A DNA stretch of 64,000 nucleotides. Source: Marsupella aquatica (Eukaryota > Plantae > Marchantiophyta). Position numbers and translations under genes: made by a program. This document shows positions 1 to 12,023 of the stretch, one piece after another (within the stretch, counting starts at the first letter, position 1; the number at the start of each line of letters is the position of its first letter). A model generated the notes under the pieces. The model was given only the letters and a program-made list of their open reading frames with translations, was not told the origin of the DNA and made no database searches. Location: contig OZ316897.1 of the NCBI GenBank assembly GCA_973895155.1, positions 19,106,168 through 19,170,167 of the forward strand, given 5' to 3'.

Positions 1-141
1 CGCAATCCCACTAAGCTAAGTGTCAGGGCCGCTCCTGGTCCTGATCCTAATCCTAAACTTGGAGATCAGCGCCCGCCCTGCCCACTCACGCCTCCTACCT
101 CCACGTCCACCCTTCCTAAAAGGAACGGCGCCCTTGCACCG

Positions 142-1870
142 TCACGACACCGGTGGTGGATCCTTAATGGACGCCCCCAACGCTTCCTCCTCAGCCACTG
201 TCGTAGGTTCGTTCTCTGACAGATTACCTGCCCTTGACTGAGTCAACTCTCCATCGGCCTGACTGGGTCTACCATCGGCATCGGCGTTGGCTCGGGAATC
301 ATTCTCGGCTACGGCCTCAGCCTCGGCTATGGTCTCCCCGGCCTGCTCAAGAGGCGGATCTGGGATACCAGCCTCATTATTGAGTAGTTCGGCTTGGGCC
401 GCGTCATCCCCACCTTTGGTGATAGCGGAATCTATTGCCGTGTTCATGCCGGAGGTTGGTGCTGAGTCTACCTCCTTGGTCACCACGGCCAGCGAAGTCG
501 TATTACTCTTTGACCCTGAAGGTTTCCGCTTCTTCTTCTTTTCTGGTTTGGCAGCTGGTCCCTTCCCCTTCCCACTTACTTCCGGCACTGGTGCAGGTGG
601 CGCGGCTTGTTCTTCGGCCAGTACCACTCCTGGTAACTTGGTTGCCCCAATTGGAGTTGGGCCTGATGAAGACAAGCACTTAAATACTGCGGCTTGTTTC
701 TTCAGCCGCTCTGTTTGGTTGTCGGCCCGCCGCTGTAGGTTCTCCATCTTCCTTGTGATTTCCTCCAACTCCTCCTACACCTCGTCCAGGTCCTTGCGCG
801 CCTCCTCTAGTTCCTTCTGGGCTTCCTCCCGTTCCCTGTGGGCTTCCTCCAGTTCTTTCTTCAAGGTAGCCCTCTCCGAGCCCGGGTTGCTCTTAGCTCC
901 TTGTCGAGCTCTGCAATGATGACAGACTCCATCTGGTTCATCTTGGCGTAAGTCTGATCGAGCATCTCGTCCTTCTCCCGTAGGTCGGCCTTGAAGCTGG
1001 CCGTCAGGGACGCAAGCTCCTGCTGCAGGGCCATAATCCCTTGATAGGATTTCCCTAACTCGGCCTCCTTCTGCTCAAGGGCTCCGCGGATTTTCTCGAG
1101 CTCCCCCTTCAACGCCCATTCCTTTCTTTGGGTCTCCGCCATGGCCCGGTTGTTGGCTGTTATGTGGGCCTCCTCTGCATTCCTCAGCTCTCGCTTCCAT
1201 TTCTCCCTGTCCTTGATTGCGTCGGCCAACTCTCCTTGGGTCCGCGTCAGTAGATTCTCGATCATCCGATTATCAGATTGTGCGGTATCCAACTGGCCCT
1301 ACATGATATTTAGCTCATGCCGCTTAATCCGCAGCTCATCTTGGGCTTTCTTGGCCACCCTCAGGTTCTTGATTTCGGCTTCCCTTTCCCTAAGCCGACG
1401 GATGACCTCGTCCTTCTTGCTTCTTTCCAAGGCCACCGCTTCTTCTAATTGGCGCTTCTCCAACATCTCCCTCTGGAAAAAGGGTCCCTGCTCCAACTCC
1501 TCCCCAAAGATGCTGAGCGTCAGTTCTCCACACATCTCCCCGTACTCCATGGCTCTGTCTTTAGCATAGGTGGAGGAAGTAGAAGTCATCGGCATCATCC
1601 ACCGCGGCCTCTACTCCCAAGCCGTCTTGCGGATCTCTTCAATCGTGGCTAGAGCTTTGCTTCCTTTTTTGGCTACCCGCCTGATGTCCTCCGGCCAATC
1701 TCCTCCTGGCAAATCCTTTTCCCTAGCCAGGGCTTCCTTCTCTTCCTGCCTGATTCGCTCCTGAAATTCTTGCGCCGTCTGTTTTATGGCGTCCTTTGGC
1801 TCGGATAGCAAAGGAATGAGTGGTAGATTTATAGATGGGACCTTAGGGAATAAGGTTTCTTTGGGAATAT
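142..1870 (-). pseudogene. Degraded coiled-coil / low-complexity ORF run of a probable retrotransposon accessory gene
   Basis: Successive minus-strand ORFs (1997-1611, 1598-1299, 1292-861, 768-142) of E/K/R/A-rich coiled-coil character, separated by stops or frameshifts. No recognisable enzymatic motif. Confidence 0.45.
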
Positions 1871-1920
1871 AGGGGTGGGGCGTCCTTTGGCCCAGATAGC
1901 AAAGGAATAGAAGAGCCATC

Positions 1921-2136
1921 ATGAATCCAGGAGAGAGAGTTATCCCTGATCTTCCCCTTCGTAATCCGTTTTTGATTAGAGTCCATCTTTTAGACAAACC
2001 ATCTATGAGGCAACATCTAACCTATCATTTTGGAGCTCAGTTTGCAACTGCTGTTATGGTTTCTAATGAGCCAATAATATACCCAGTGGTGTCGTACCGA
2101 GAGGAGTGGGAGTGCATCATCTTTGTCCTTTATTGA
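1921..2136 (+). CDS. LTR-borne small ORF A (71 aa), unknown function
   Basis: Open ATG-TGA frame. A diverged homolog at 24421-24627 keeps NPFLIR.H, RQH.T.HFG..FATAV and EPI.YP and the same stop position. Confidence 0.55.
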   Translation: MNPGERVIPDLPLRNPFLIRVHLLDKPSMRQHLTYHFGAQFATAVMVSNEPIIYPVVSYREEWECIIFVLY

Positions 2137-2140
2137 AGTC

Positions 2141-2347
2141 ATGGATCTGAATAGGAGTCCGAATGATATTCCTATTTCATTTTCTCTTGGAGATATTAGG
2201 ATCATATGTCGTAAGAAAACTAATTTTTGTGATGTGTTGGTCTGCAAGTATGGTGAAATAGGGTTTAACAGTATTTTAGTTTCACCTGAACCTTTCTTAA
2301 TACCCACTACCCTTGTTACTAGAATTATCATTTTGATTTTAGTGTAG
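2141..2347 (+). CDS. LTR-borne small ORF B (68 aa, starts MDLNRSP)
   Basis: ATG 4 nt after the ORF A stop. Homologs at 18996-19202 and 24629-24838 have conservative substitutions and the same stop position. Confidence 0.55.
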   Translation: MDLNRSPNDIPISFSLGDIRIICRKKTNFCDVLVCKYGEIGFNSILVSPEPFLIPTTLVTRIIILILV

Positions 2348-2419
2348 AACTTATAAGCATGCAAGGTTAACTTCAAAAGAGCCAACATGCTCTTGCCAGA
2401 AAACACGGTCACCCGGACA

Positions 2420-3390
2420 CCGGCACAACAACGGCATGTGATAGCCAAGCCGCAACACGCTCCCCATGCCGATTACCTGCTGCTCCTCCTTTAAGATCTT
2501 CTTCAATTGGTTGAGGAGGTACCCGTTGTAGTCCCGGCTTGGGTCTGGCCTCTCTGCCAGATAGACCTGTGCCTTGCCGATCTCTGCCCTCGGCAAGTTA
2601 CAGTGCATTGTCACCCGCAAGAAGTCGATCATCTCTCCTATGTGTGGGTTGGTGCAGGTGTTCCGGAAGAAGCCATTCTTCATTGATGGCCTGGGGAACG
2701 ACCGAAACTCCTTGTCAGGCAAGGTCTTCCTGGTATCGACTTTGGTCTTATTGCCTATCGGCAAGCCAAACGCTTTGGCAGTCACCTTGGGAGTAAGATA
2801 GAAATCCTTCCCATATATCCTCGTGCAATTGGTCTCGGGTTCCCATGACCCCATGAATTCTAATAGGTCTGAATCCGGTACCTCCGGCTTCAGCCATGGT
2901 AATCTTACAAAGGCCTCTAAGCCGGATCCAGCCATGAAGCCTTGGTACTTCTTGGTCTGCATGGCCGTAAAGCATGCATCCTCCTCCCGTGCAAAATGTA
3001 GTTGCACCTCCACCGGTAGGGTTGCCGCCCAGCCTTTCCAGGTGTCATCCCTGGTTGGAATGGCATTGATGGGATCGACCTCCTCAATTCCCAGTGTATG
3101 TCGTTACACTTCTTGATGGCCTCTCGAATGCCGATGATTCTGTCTTCACAAAACAGAAGATCGTCGAGCTGATTGGAAGTAGGAGTCCACAAGAACTCGG
3201 CGTTGATGAGTTTGCCTCCTAAGAAAGCCGTCTTCTGCAGCTCTCACAATCGAGCGAGCTCCTGCCATTCTTGAGCTGCCCTTTCTGATTCCTCGTCCTC
3301 GTAAGTCTTGATGTACTCAGTTGCCCGTTTGAACAGGCATCCCCAGAAATGTGCCGCTTGATTGACGTTGCTCATACCCTCCTTAGGTCA
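2420..3390 (-). pseudogene. Plant-transposon accessory protein fragment (plant mobile domain-like)
   Basis: GLEAFVRLPW...LLEFMGSW...IYGKDFYLTPKVTAKAFGLP resembles the 'V.G..I.LT...I...LGLP' signature of plant retroelement accessory ORFs. Contains frameshifts and stops. Confidence 0.45.
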
Positions 3391-3746
3391 ATTGTTGGTA
3401 TCTACTCTCTCCCCGAGTGCTTGCCTAAGCAGCTGACAGTAGTTGGCCTCCCGTAGTCGTCTGCCTAGTTCGTGCTCGCAAATGAGCCACCATCTCCTGC
3501 AAGCGCTCCTTACCCCTCTCCTCTTTCGGTCCTTCCTCCCGTTGATCCTTCCTAGCCGCCGATGCTTAACGCGCCCTAACCCTAATCCAGTTTTCACCCC
3601 CAGCGTCCTTACCTCCGGCCTCGGCCCGGGTTCCATGGTCGCCCCTAATTGTTTATATTTTCCTTGTTTTGTCCCTATACTAAGGTGTTTCTAGGGTGCA
3701 TTCCTGCTTTACCCACTTAACTGGCCGAGTGATTCCTGGCTAGGCA

Positions 3747-3990
3747 TCACATGGACCGATCCCACAGAATTACTGAATTTAAGCTTTCACCGACCAGGTC
3801 CGCCCCTGCGTTTGGATAAGGTAACTCAGCAAGGTGGAAGAATGCATCCTCAATAGAAACACTGATTCTATGCTTGCCAATCGGAATGTTGTGACAAGAG
3901 TTCGAGGGAGTAATGTTGAAAACCGTCCCACCCGCAACCGGTTCATCATTCAATAAGAGATTAACTCGATCCCCAAGGGAAAACATATTC
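3747..3990 (-). pseudogene. Isolated Tnp1/En/Spm (TnpA C-terminal, Transposase_23-like) domain fragment
   Basis: PVAGGTV...CHNIPIG...ISVSIEDAF...LPYP...VGESLNSVILW matches the VA.G...H...V.V...LP.P...G...LW pattern also seen at 48013-49915. Confidence 0.6.
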
Positions 3991-5942
3991 TTAACCGATT
4001 CGAGGTTAACAGTAACTTCGACACGACTCTCATGTGGACACAAGACGGGAATTATTCACCGGCAGGAAAAGACCTGGTTAACCAGAATAAAACATGCACA
4101 TCAGTATCCCTCAACACGAGGCTCGTGTAGAATTATTAACGCATACAGGTAGTGGAAGGAAACACAAGGAGGTTTGATGGCTAGGCGAGCCTTGTGTAGA
4201 GCATCAGCTTAGGTCTAAACATCTCCCAAAAGTAACAGAATTATCATAATCATATGCATTTATGACAAAAAGTCCCACAAGAAGTAAGGAAAGGACCCAC
4301 TATTATTCGATGCTTCACTCTAAGAGAGAAGGAAAGTCCAACAAGGTACAAATTCCAACAGGGTAAAAGGACCACCAGTGTACAAATTCCATTAGGTTAC
4401 AAATTCCAACAGGGTACAAATCCCCAATCCATGTAATATCACATTAAAGAACCACCCAACTGATAAATTGTGTTACAATTGAAGTCCAATTCCTCAAGAC
4501 CAAGACATAACCCATGTCAAGACCCTCAATCGTCCTCAATTAAGAAGAAATGAAGTCTAAAATTTCTAAAATTAGGGCAGTTAAGGAAGAAATGAAGTCT
4601 AATTCCTCTTCCCTGGGCCCTCACTCCATGTAAAAGAAGTGGACCCCCTGCAATCAGGCCCTTTTCATGTTTACCCCTTGTTATTTCCATTTTACCATTA
4701 AAAGTTCCCTTATTACTGGTAATAATTATAATTATTAGGTCAAAATGAAGAAAAACTCCCCTTCGAGCGTTCGCACGTCCTCCATGTATTAGTTAAGACT
4801 GAGGGCCCAGGGTTCCTCTTGAAATGCTAAATATCCTATTACACTACCCCTATTTAGTAGAACTTTTGAAAGAAATGAGGTACAGATAATTGTCCTAAAA
4901 AAACATTCTCCAAGAGTGATAGGAATGAGACAGTCACAAGAATGAGACAGTCACAGGAATGGAATTCCAGAAGGGACGTACCGATTGGGCGCCCAGAAGC
5001 AGTCCTTGGACTCAAACCCGTGCTAAAACCTGTCCTCTAAACCACTACAACATATTTTGCCCTTTTGCGAAGCTCATTTGAGTCCGGACACACATTTGCG
5101 ATTCCAGATGCTTCAAACCGTTGATGACTCAATACGCATCGCAATTTGTGATACTTGTGGTATCGCAACTTTGGTCTTCCATGCGATTTGCATCGCAAAC
5201 ATTTTGCGAACTTTATTGTATCACAATAGTTTGCGAAACTACAAAGATTACAAAACATATTACGAAGGCTCCGCGACCGCTCTGAAAGTCCGAAACCACA
5301 GTAACATTAATGATGCAAAACAATTAGTATTGGAGGATGTTTGCGAAAAGGTTAGCTTCAAACAATTTGCGATGAGTTTGTATGGCAAATGTGCGAAACG
5401 ATGTGGATGGTAAAGGTGGGATGGTCTGGATATCGCAAAATAGTGAAGCGTATAGTATGGAATAATTGAGAAACGGTTTAAATGGCAGAATTGCGATTTG
5501 GTTGGGATTTGTTTAGTTTCGCAAACAGTTCGCAAACGTTTATGTTAGACTTGTGTGTGCATCTAGGTTAGAGTTTGAATGGGGGAGGAGGAGGGAGGGA
5601 GGTGAAAGGTGAAAGAGGGAGGAAGGGAGTTGGAAGGTGGATGAGGGACGGAGGAAGAAGGGAGTCCAAAGAGGGTTTACTAAAAATAGGAGAGACTTTA
5701 GCGAAGAGGGAGGGAGGAGAAAAAGCTATGGAGTTTTTGGAAGAGGAAGGAGAGTTTGGGTTCAAAGAGGGAGGAGGGATAAGGGAGGGAGTACCCATGT
5801 CACTTATATGCATGACCTCTTTTGAAAGTAGGAGTCCAAAATGAAAATACCTACCACACTAATGGTGTATGAAATATTAATTAAGAAACAACATGAACAA
5901 TCCATGATATAGATTTTTGGTTTAAATATCCATAAGTGTCTC

Positions 5943-8900
5943 TCACACTTGGTCACCTTCAATGTCCTCTACATCTGACACAAAAATAGTGTCTGGCTTA
6001 TCTGAAACAATGGAACGAGACCGTGGCACATATGTGATGACAAGTGACCACTCTGGGTCTAAGGGGTATGGAACGTAGAAACATTGCTCCAAGTGAGATG
6101 GGAAAGTAAATGGCTCTGACGTTTGCCAATGATATGCTTGAAAACTAGTGGCACTTGTCCTCAACCGTGTAAACCCACTCTCATCTTGGAGTACAGTGCA
6201 ATTATTACCAACAAGGTTCACTTTGAACCACTTGCACTTGAAGACATACTCCTCAAACTTAGATTGGTTGTCATATGAGACCACCAAAATCTCCTCTATC
6301 TTCCCATAGTGTGGCACAACATCACGAACAATGTTCCTGTCATGTCGGCTACTCCGGGAGTCCTGACAAAACTGCCCTTGAACTCCACAATCAAAAGTAC
6401 AAGCCCTCTTCTCATCAAGGGAAGAAATCCTGAAATTAACAAGACCCATATATTGTTATACTACACAAAAAACACTAATCATGTTATGAGGAACCTTTCA
6501 TACCAAAAGAGAAAAACACACTTATCTTAAGTAAAATGATTACTATATCTTAAGTAGTAGTACATGAATATGGAAAATAAGGTTAGGAACTAGTGAAACC
6601 TGAAGTGTCTCCCTTGGGTCCACATGGCCGTCTTGGATGTTACCAAGTCTCTCAAAGGGCCATGAACAATGGTCCGAATGTCATTTGTCATAGTAGGAAA
6701 CTGTGAGACATCTCCTCCTTGTGCCAAAATGCCATCCAACTCAACCAACTTTTCCTTCATAAACTCATGCAACTTAGGAAAAATCCTTGCCCTTTGACTC
6801 ATTCTTTTGGCATTGTCATAAAACTCCCTCCATTCATCCATGACATTGCTATTACTCAACATGAATGTATTCAACTGTGTCCACTCTGTTGATGTAAGCA
6901 TGCGTGTTTTTGTTGCTCCTGTTAAACGGTCCTCCTCCTCTTGCCTCTCCTCCATCCAAGTACGTGGTAAAGTCCGATCAATGGTGGCCAAGATGTTACT
7001 ACAATAAAACATGCTCTCTGCAGCCAAGTATCCTGTAGCTATGCTTCCCTCCACTCGTGCACGGTTACGTACATAAGCCTTCAAGACTGACATGTAACGC
7101 TCAAGCCAGTACATCCATTGACAATGAACTGGACCAGCAATGGCAACCTCCCTCACAAGATGCACAAGTAAATGAACCTGATAATCAAAGAAGGAAAGAG
7201 GGAGGGCCTTCTCCAACTTGCAAACCACCTCAGCAGCCAATACCTCCATTCCAGGAATCTCTTCCACATATATCTCCTTTGAGCATATCCATCTCAACAA
7301 ACGACCCAATGACCAAATGGCATCTTGCACTTCTTTGGTCCCCAACCCTATAATTGCCACTGGCAATATATGCTGCAATAAGCGGTGATAGTCATGTGTC
7401 TTGAGATACCGTGGCCATTTGTGATTGTCCTCCATCCCAAAAGCTTTCCTCAAATTGGCACCATAGCCTGTAGGAAACCGCATCTCCCCTATACGATTCC
7501 GGAATTCACGTCTTTGGCCAACACTAAGCACCCCAAGGAGCAGAAGGACGATGTTCCAAACCTGTGGCAGGATCAACTTGTACCCATACATCTGGATGCA
7601 TTTCCAACTCTTCACATGCCTCCCTGAAGTTAGTGTCCTTCTCCTCATAAAAATGAGCTATCAACGCCTTCCCCACATTTCCCTCTATGTGCATGGGGTC
7701 TAAAAGATGGCGGATCTTCAACTCTGACCAATAGGGCAAACTGGCTAGTATACTCCACCTCGTCAACCCAGTACCATCAAAGGTGAGGGGATTATCAGGG
7801 TCTGCCACCCTATCAGCTAGTGACTTCCAATGCCCAAAAGTTGTTGGTTCCGGAATTTCCCGCATATCACCAAGGGGCATGTCAAAGGAGGAAAATAAAA
7901 GTGGGTCAGACCTCATCTCATGCCCCATCGGAAGAAACTTTGTATGCCCAATGTAAACAATCTTCCTAAGCCATGGGGACCAAATTGCCATATCTTGCAA
8001 TTGTGGACCACAGGTGGAGCAAGCTTTGTACCCCTGAGTTTGCAATCCAGAGACAAAGCCAAACCCTGGTTACACCAAAAATAAAACCAAACTAAATGTT
8101 AGGGTTGTCACATGACAAACAAGTATATTAAAGAGCATATCAAAGAAGGGTGGCATATGGTCAAAAAGTCATCTTACCAGGATAGTCATGCATTGTCCAA
8201 CAAACTACCCCTCTCAATTTAAATACACGTGGAATGTCTCCTGTATTTTTCCTGCCATCATATGCCCACACTCCACCCCACAGTTTTTGGAGTTCTCCAA
8301 TCAATAGTGCCAAATAAGTGTCAAAGTTCTTCACCTTTTTTGGACCTGGAATAATCAAAGACAGCAAGAGGAACCCCTTCTTCATGGATAGCCATGGTGG
8401 AAGGTTGTAATTCATCACAACCACAAGCCAAACTGATGTAGGTCTTCCCTTGCCTCCAAGGGCATGAGGACTAACCCCATCAGATGCCAATCCCAACCTC
8501 ACATGATGAGGATCATGTGCAAAGTCTGGCCATGTTTCCTCAATATGTTTGACTGCAGGAGAGTCAATTGGCAACCGCATAACACCAGGCTCTGATCGAT
8601 GAGTCTTATGCCATACCATCAACTCTGCCAAATCAGAACACCTGTACATGTGCAACAACCGAGGAATGATGGGAAACCAACGAACAGCTTTTCTTGGCAC
8701 CTTCTTTGTAATCATGTTGGGGTCATACCGTGGCTCATGACATTCAGTACACTGTGTCTTCTTCTCATCGGCCCCATGAAATAACATGCAATCATTCACA
8801 CATGCATGAATGATATGATATTTCATGCCAATTGATGAGAGAACACGCTTGGCCTCCTTCCAAGTTCCTGGCAACACATTGCCAAAAGGTAACATAAGGT

Positions 8901-10657
8901 CATGGCAAAGTGCAAACATATCAGATAACAAGGCATTGCTTGCCTTGTGTTTGGCCTGTAGATTCATCAACCCCAAGATAGCAGAGAGATGACTCAAACG
9001 AGCACCCTCATAGATAGGAGTTTGGGCATGTTCCTCTGCTTCCTCCCATTGGCGCTGTCCCTCGGGGGTATGTCTTGGTCGTGGATCATTGGGGGGCACA
9101 TGACCTCTTTGATCAGCAGACACCTCAGCATCATCACCAGGGACGTCAACACCAAACCAATCAACCATAAAATCATCCATGGCTCTATCTTGGTCATCAA
9201 TAACCTGTTCATATGTTCTGGGTACATTGCGATCAGGGTTGTTGCTTCCACTGTCACTTGATGAGGAATGTGACTCAGAGCCTTGTCCTTCTTCCGGCAT
9301 ACCCATTTCCCGATATGCTGCTCTCAATCTCCGCGGTAACATATTTTGAGAGGGTCGCACATTCTAAAAACAATGCAAACAATTGAAAGTTACAAAGCAA
9401 ATAGTTACAACATGTAGAAGAATATATGGGGGTGTGAAAACATGAAATAATATTGGTACTGGTGTAAATACAAAATGTGGCCAAACGCCATGTGTATGGT
9501 CATTTTCTAATCCCACACATAGTGAGTAAACAACTCATCACCTGAGTGAATGGTCCTAGTAGCTACAACCAGACAATGGTCATGATGATATGTCTGGCCA
9601 TAAGGGGCTGGTGGAGGACCCTCAATGAAAACCCACTCACAATTTTGCCTACGCTTGGGGCGAGTCCCCACAGTACTGTTTATGAAACCAGCTATATTCC
9701 CAGTTCATATGGGGTCCCCATCTATCACCCGCTGCTCACTATACCTCCTAGTGTTTCCATCAAAAGTATCTAACTCCAAGGCATAAGTCTTCCACTCAGG
9801 ATGTTGTGCAAGGATCATGTTCCAATGTCTTCTCTTGTAGATGGGTCCACCATAAGGAAACAACGTAGGTCCTTCTCGACCGCGTCCACCACTACCACTC
9901 TCGGTATCCACAATGATGTCTTCACAAGCAAAAACTCCATAGCCATGTCTATCCCCAAGTGTGGAAGGTTTGATAACCCAACGTCTTCCCCAAACCTCTA
10001 CCTCCTCACCATAGGAAAGCTCTTGTGGCAAACCAAGAGTTTGGGGATCCCAGTCCTTGATGATAGGAACACATCTGCCAGTAAACTCACAATCACCCCA
10101 CCTACCGGTAACCACTGCCTTGTACAAATCAGTATCCCCTCGGGGCCGTCTCTTGGAACGCTTTCTCCCTCTTGGGACAACAGGCTCACCCCCAACTGCC
10201 CTAGGACTGGAGGGGGCTGTTGCTAGACCCAAGGCTTGTGAGAATGCATTGCCTATAGCATCTAGAACACCTTGTGATGGGACATAAGGTGCTGATGCCG
10301 CAGGTCTAGGCCTACTAGATACCTATTCCACCCAAACCAAAACAAACAACAAGAGGTGTGAAATTAAAAACCTTCACCATTGCGATGTGGAAATAGGGTA
10401 GAAACTAAGGCGTAAACACTTACCACATGGGATGAGGAAGCCCCTATTGTATGACATCCGTAACGTCCATATCTCTCAATATGCTGGGTGCATATATAGG
10501 ACTTTTGGGAAACCTGACCCACGCATTTGGCACATTGGCAAAGCTGACGGGGTGGACCACGAGGAGGAGGTGCAGTCGTGTGAGGTTGAGGAGGAGGTGG
10601 TATATCTTCATCGGAGGAGGAAGAATCTGTGGTGGAGATCTCAGAAGATGAAGACAT
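5943..10657 (-). pseudogene. TnpD/Tnp2-family CACTA transposase (transposase-associated Zn domain, Tnp2, DUF4218- and DUF4216-like regions)
   Basis: Motifs IHACVNDC, WFPIIPRL, VRLGLASDG, YNLPPW, TMHDYPG, LDPMHIEGN, KTHDYH, HLLVHL, WMYWLERY, YGKIEEI and FKCKWF. GT-AG introns. Frameshift near 7530. Confidence 0.93.
9507..10322 (-). pseudogene. SET-domain exon inside CACTA-1 (one premature TGA at 9705-9707)
   Basis: HGYGVFA, YGG, IDGDPI*TGNIAGFINS, NC and VATRTIHSGDELFTHY give the SET motif order. 816-nt phase-0 exon after an AG acceptor. Confidence 0.8.
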
Positions 10658-11049
10658 TGCCCCTACAAAGATGTATAATTTGCAAGTTAGGGGTTATTAC
10701 CAAATAACATCACAATATCAAGCTGGACAAATGTAAGTTCTCAAGTAATGATGACATGAAACCAAACACAAAAGGAACACTAAAAAATACCTTTCTGAGA
10801 CCCAGGCTCAGTGGTGCCAATAGGTCTTGTGGCTCTAAAATAATGAACCGAATCTGGAAGTATGAGAAAAGCTGCAAGTACACAAAGCGAACACCTTACA
10901 TACATGTCCTCTTTATAGATAGTGGGAACCAAAAATTTTAATTACATGAATAAGCCTAACTAGACCCATCTATTTTAGTCCGTACCTCCAGATGCCCGGG
11001 CTCATACGATGCATACGCATTAGCTAGTATCAATTCATGCAAAAGTGCT

Positions 11050-11560
11050 GCACCCTGCAAGTTGTCATAGCTCCTCCTCCTTTGTTAGCATAAAACCCAT
11101 GGAAAAACCATTAAACCCCAAAAGATCCATAAAACCCATTAAAACCCATAAAACCCATGGTAAAACAACTAAAGCATTAATCTCATCTAACCTTGCTTTG
11201 CCTTTTCCAAACCCTCACCCCCAAACCTCTGACCTATTACAAAAACCTAGACCCTCACTCCCAATCCCCTTCCTCTCTTTTGTTTTAAACCCTAAACCCT
11301 TGCTTGAACCCTAAAAGCCTACAACCATAAATGCAAACCCTGCTTAAACCCAAAATTAAAGACTTAAACCCTAAACCCAAACCCAACTTTAATCCTAAAC
11401 CCTTTCCTCACTTATTAATTTTAAACCAAAACCCAACTCTTATCAAAATTAGCCTACACCCACACCATGTATAGCTTAAAAAATGGAAGGTTTGACTGGT
11501 AATCTCGCTTTTAACCCCTAAAAAAACCAGCTTCATCCAAGACCCAACCCTAACAAACGC
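11050..11560. repeat. AAACCC(T/A)-rich tract, telo-box-like, between the divergent CACTA-1 genes
   Basis: Several AAACCCTAA, AAACCCAT and AAACCCAA copies. Confidence 0.5.
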
Positions 11561-12023
11561 CGGGATTTGAAACGGCGGAATTTCTTAATTACACAAAAGG
11601 GCATAGTATAACTTACATGGCCTAAACAAAAGGAGGAGGGAAAGAATGTGAAAAAAAAATTCGCCAGGAATTGCCACGATATTGAGAACCGACCTGCTTC
11701 GCAACCTGCTTCAGAATTTGGTCACATTATTTGCGAAGCAAAATGTTTCGCAACAGCTTCGGAAAAACAGAGCCCGAGAGCATTTTTTCGCGTCTCTGCA
11801 GCTTTGCGAAGGCTTTGCAAAGCATGTGGTTTCGCATTGGTTTTGGAAAGTTGAGATACTAGTTGCGAAGCGGGCTGATTCACAAATTGCGATGCGGACT
11901 GCGTCGCAAATGTGTTTTGTCTGGGCATTCGGACCTTCCCGCCGGGTTACGAGGCCCATTCGACGTTTTTTGAAGTGAGGGAGGGCAGGAGGAGAGCTTG
12001 CGCGCGCTTGGTGTTGGATAGCT

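Larger units (their letters stand above)
1871..2419 (+). repeat. 3' part of the LTR family seen as the solo LTR at 18228-19274
   Basis: Near-identical to ~18726-19274 and ends at the same ...CACGGTCACCCGGACA terminus. The U3/TATA half is absent here. Confidence 0.8.

Noticed and set aside
2017-2448. 143-aa minus-strand ORF (and its 152-aa counterpart at 18872-19330) as the real gene
   Set aside because: It crosses the LTR boundary with different N-termini and has no listed counterpart in the diverged third copy, whereas the plus-strand ORFs A and B are conserved there.
11280-11410. Interstitial telomere
   Set aside because: AAACCCT copies are scattered and degenerate rather than a tandem array, and they lie inside CACTA-1.
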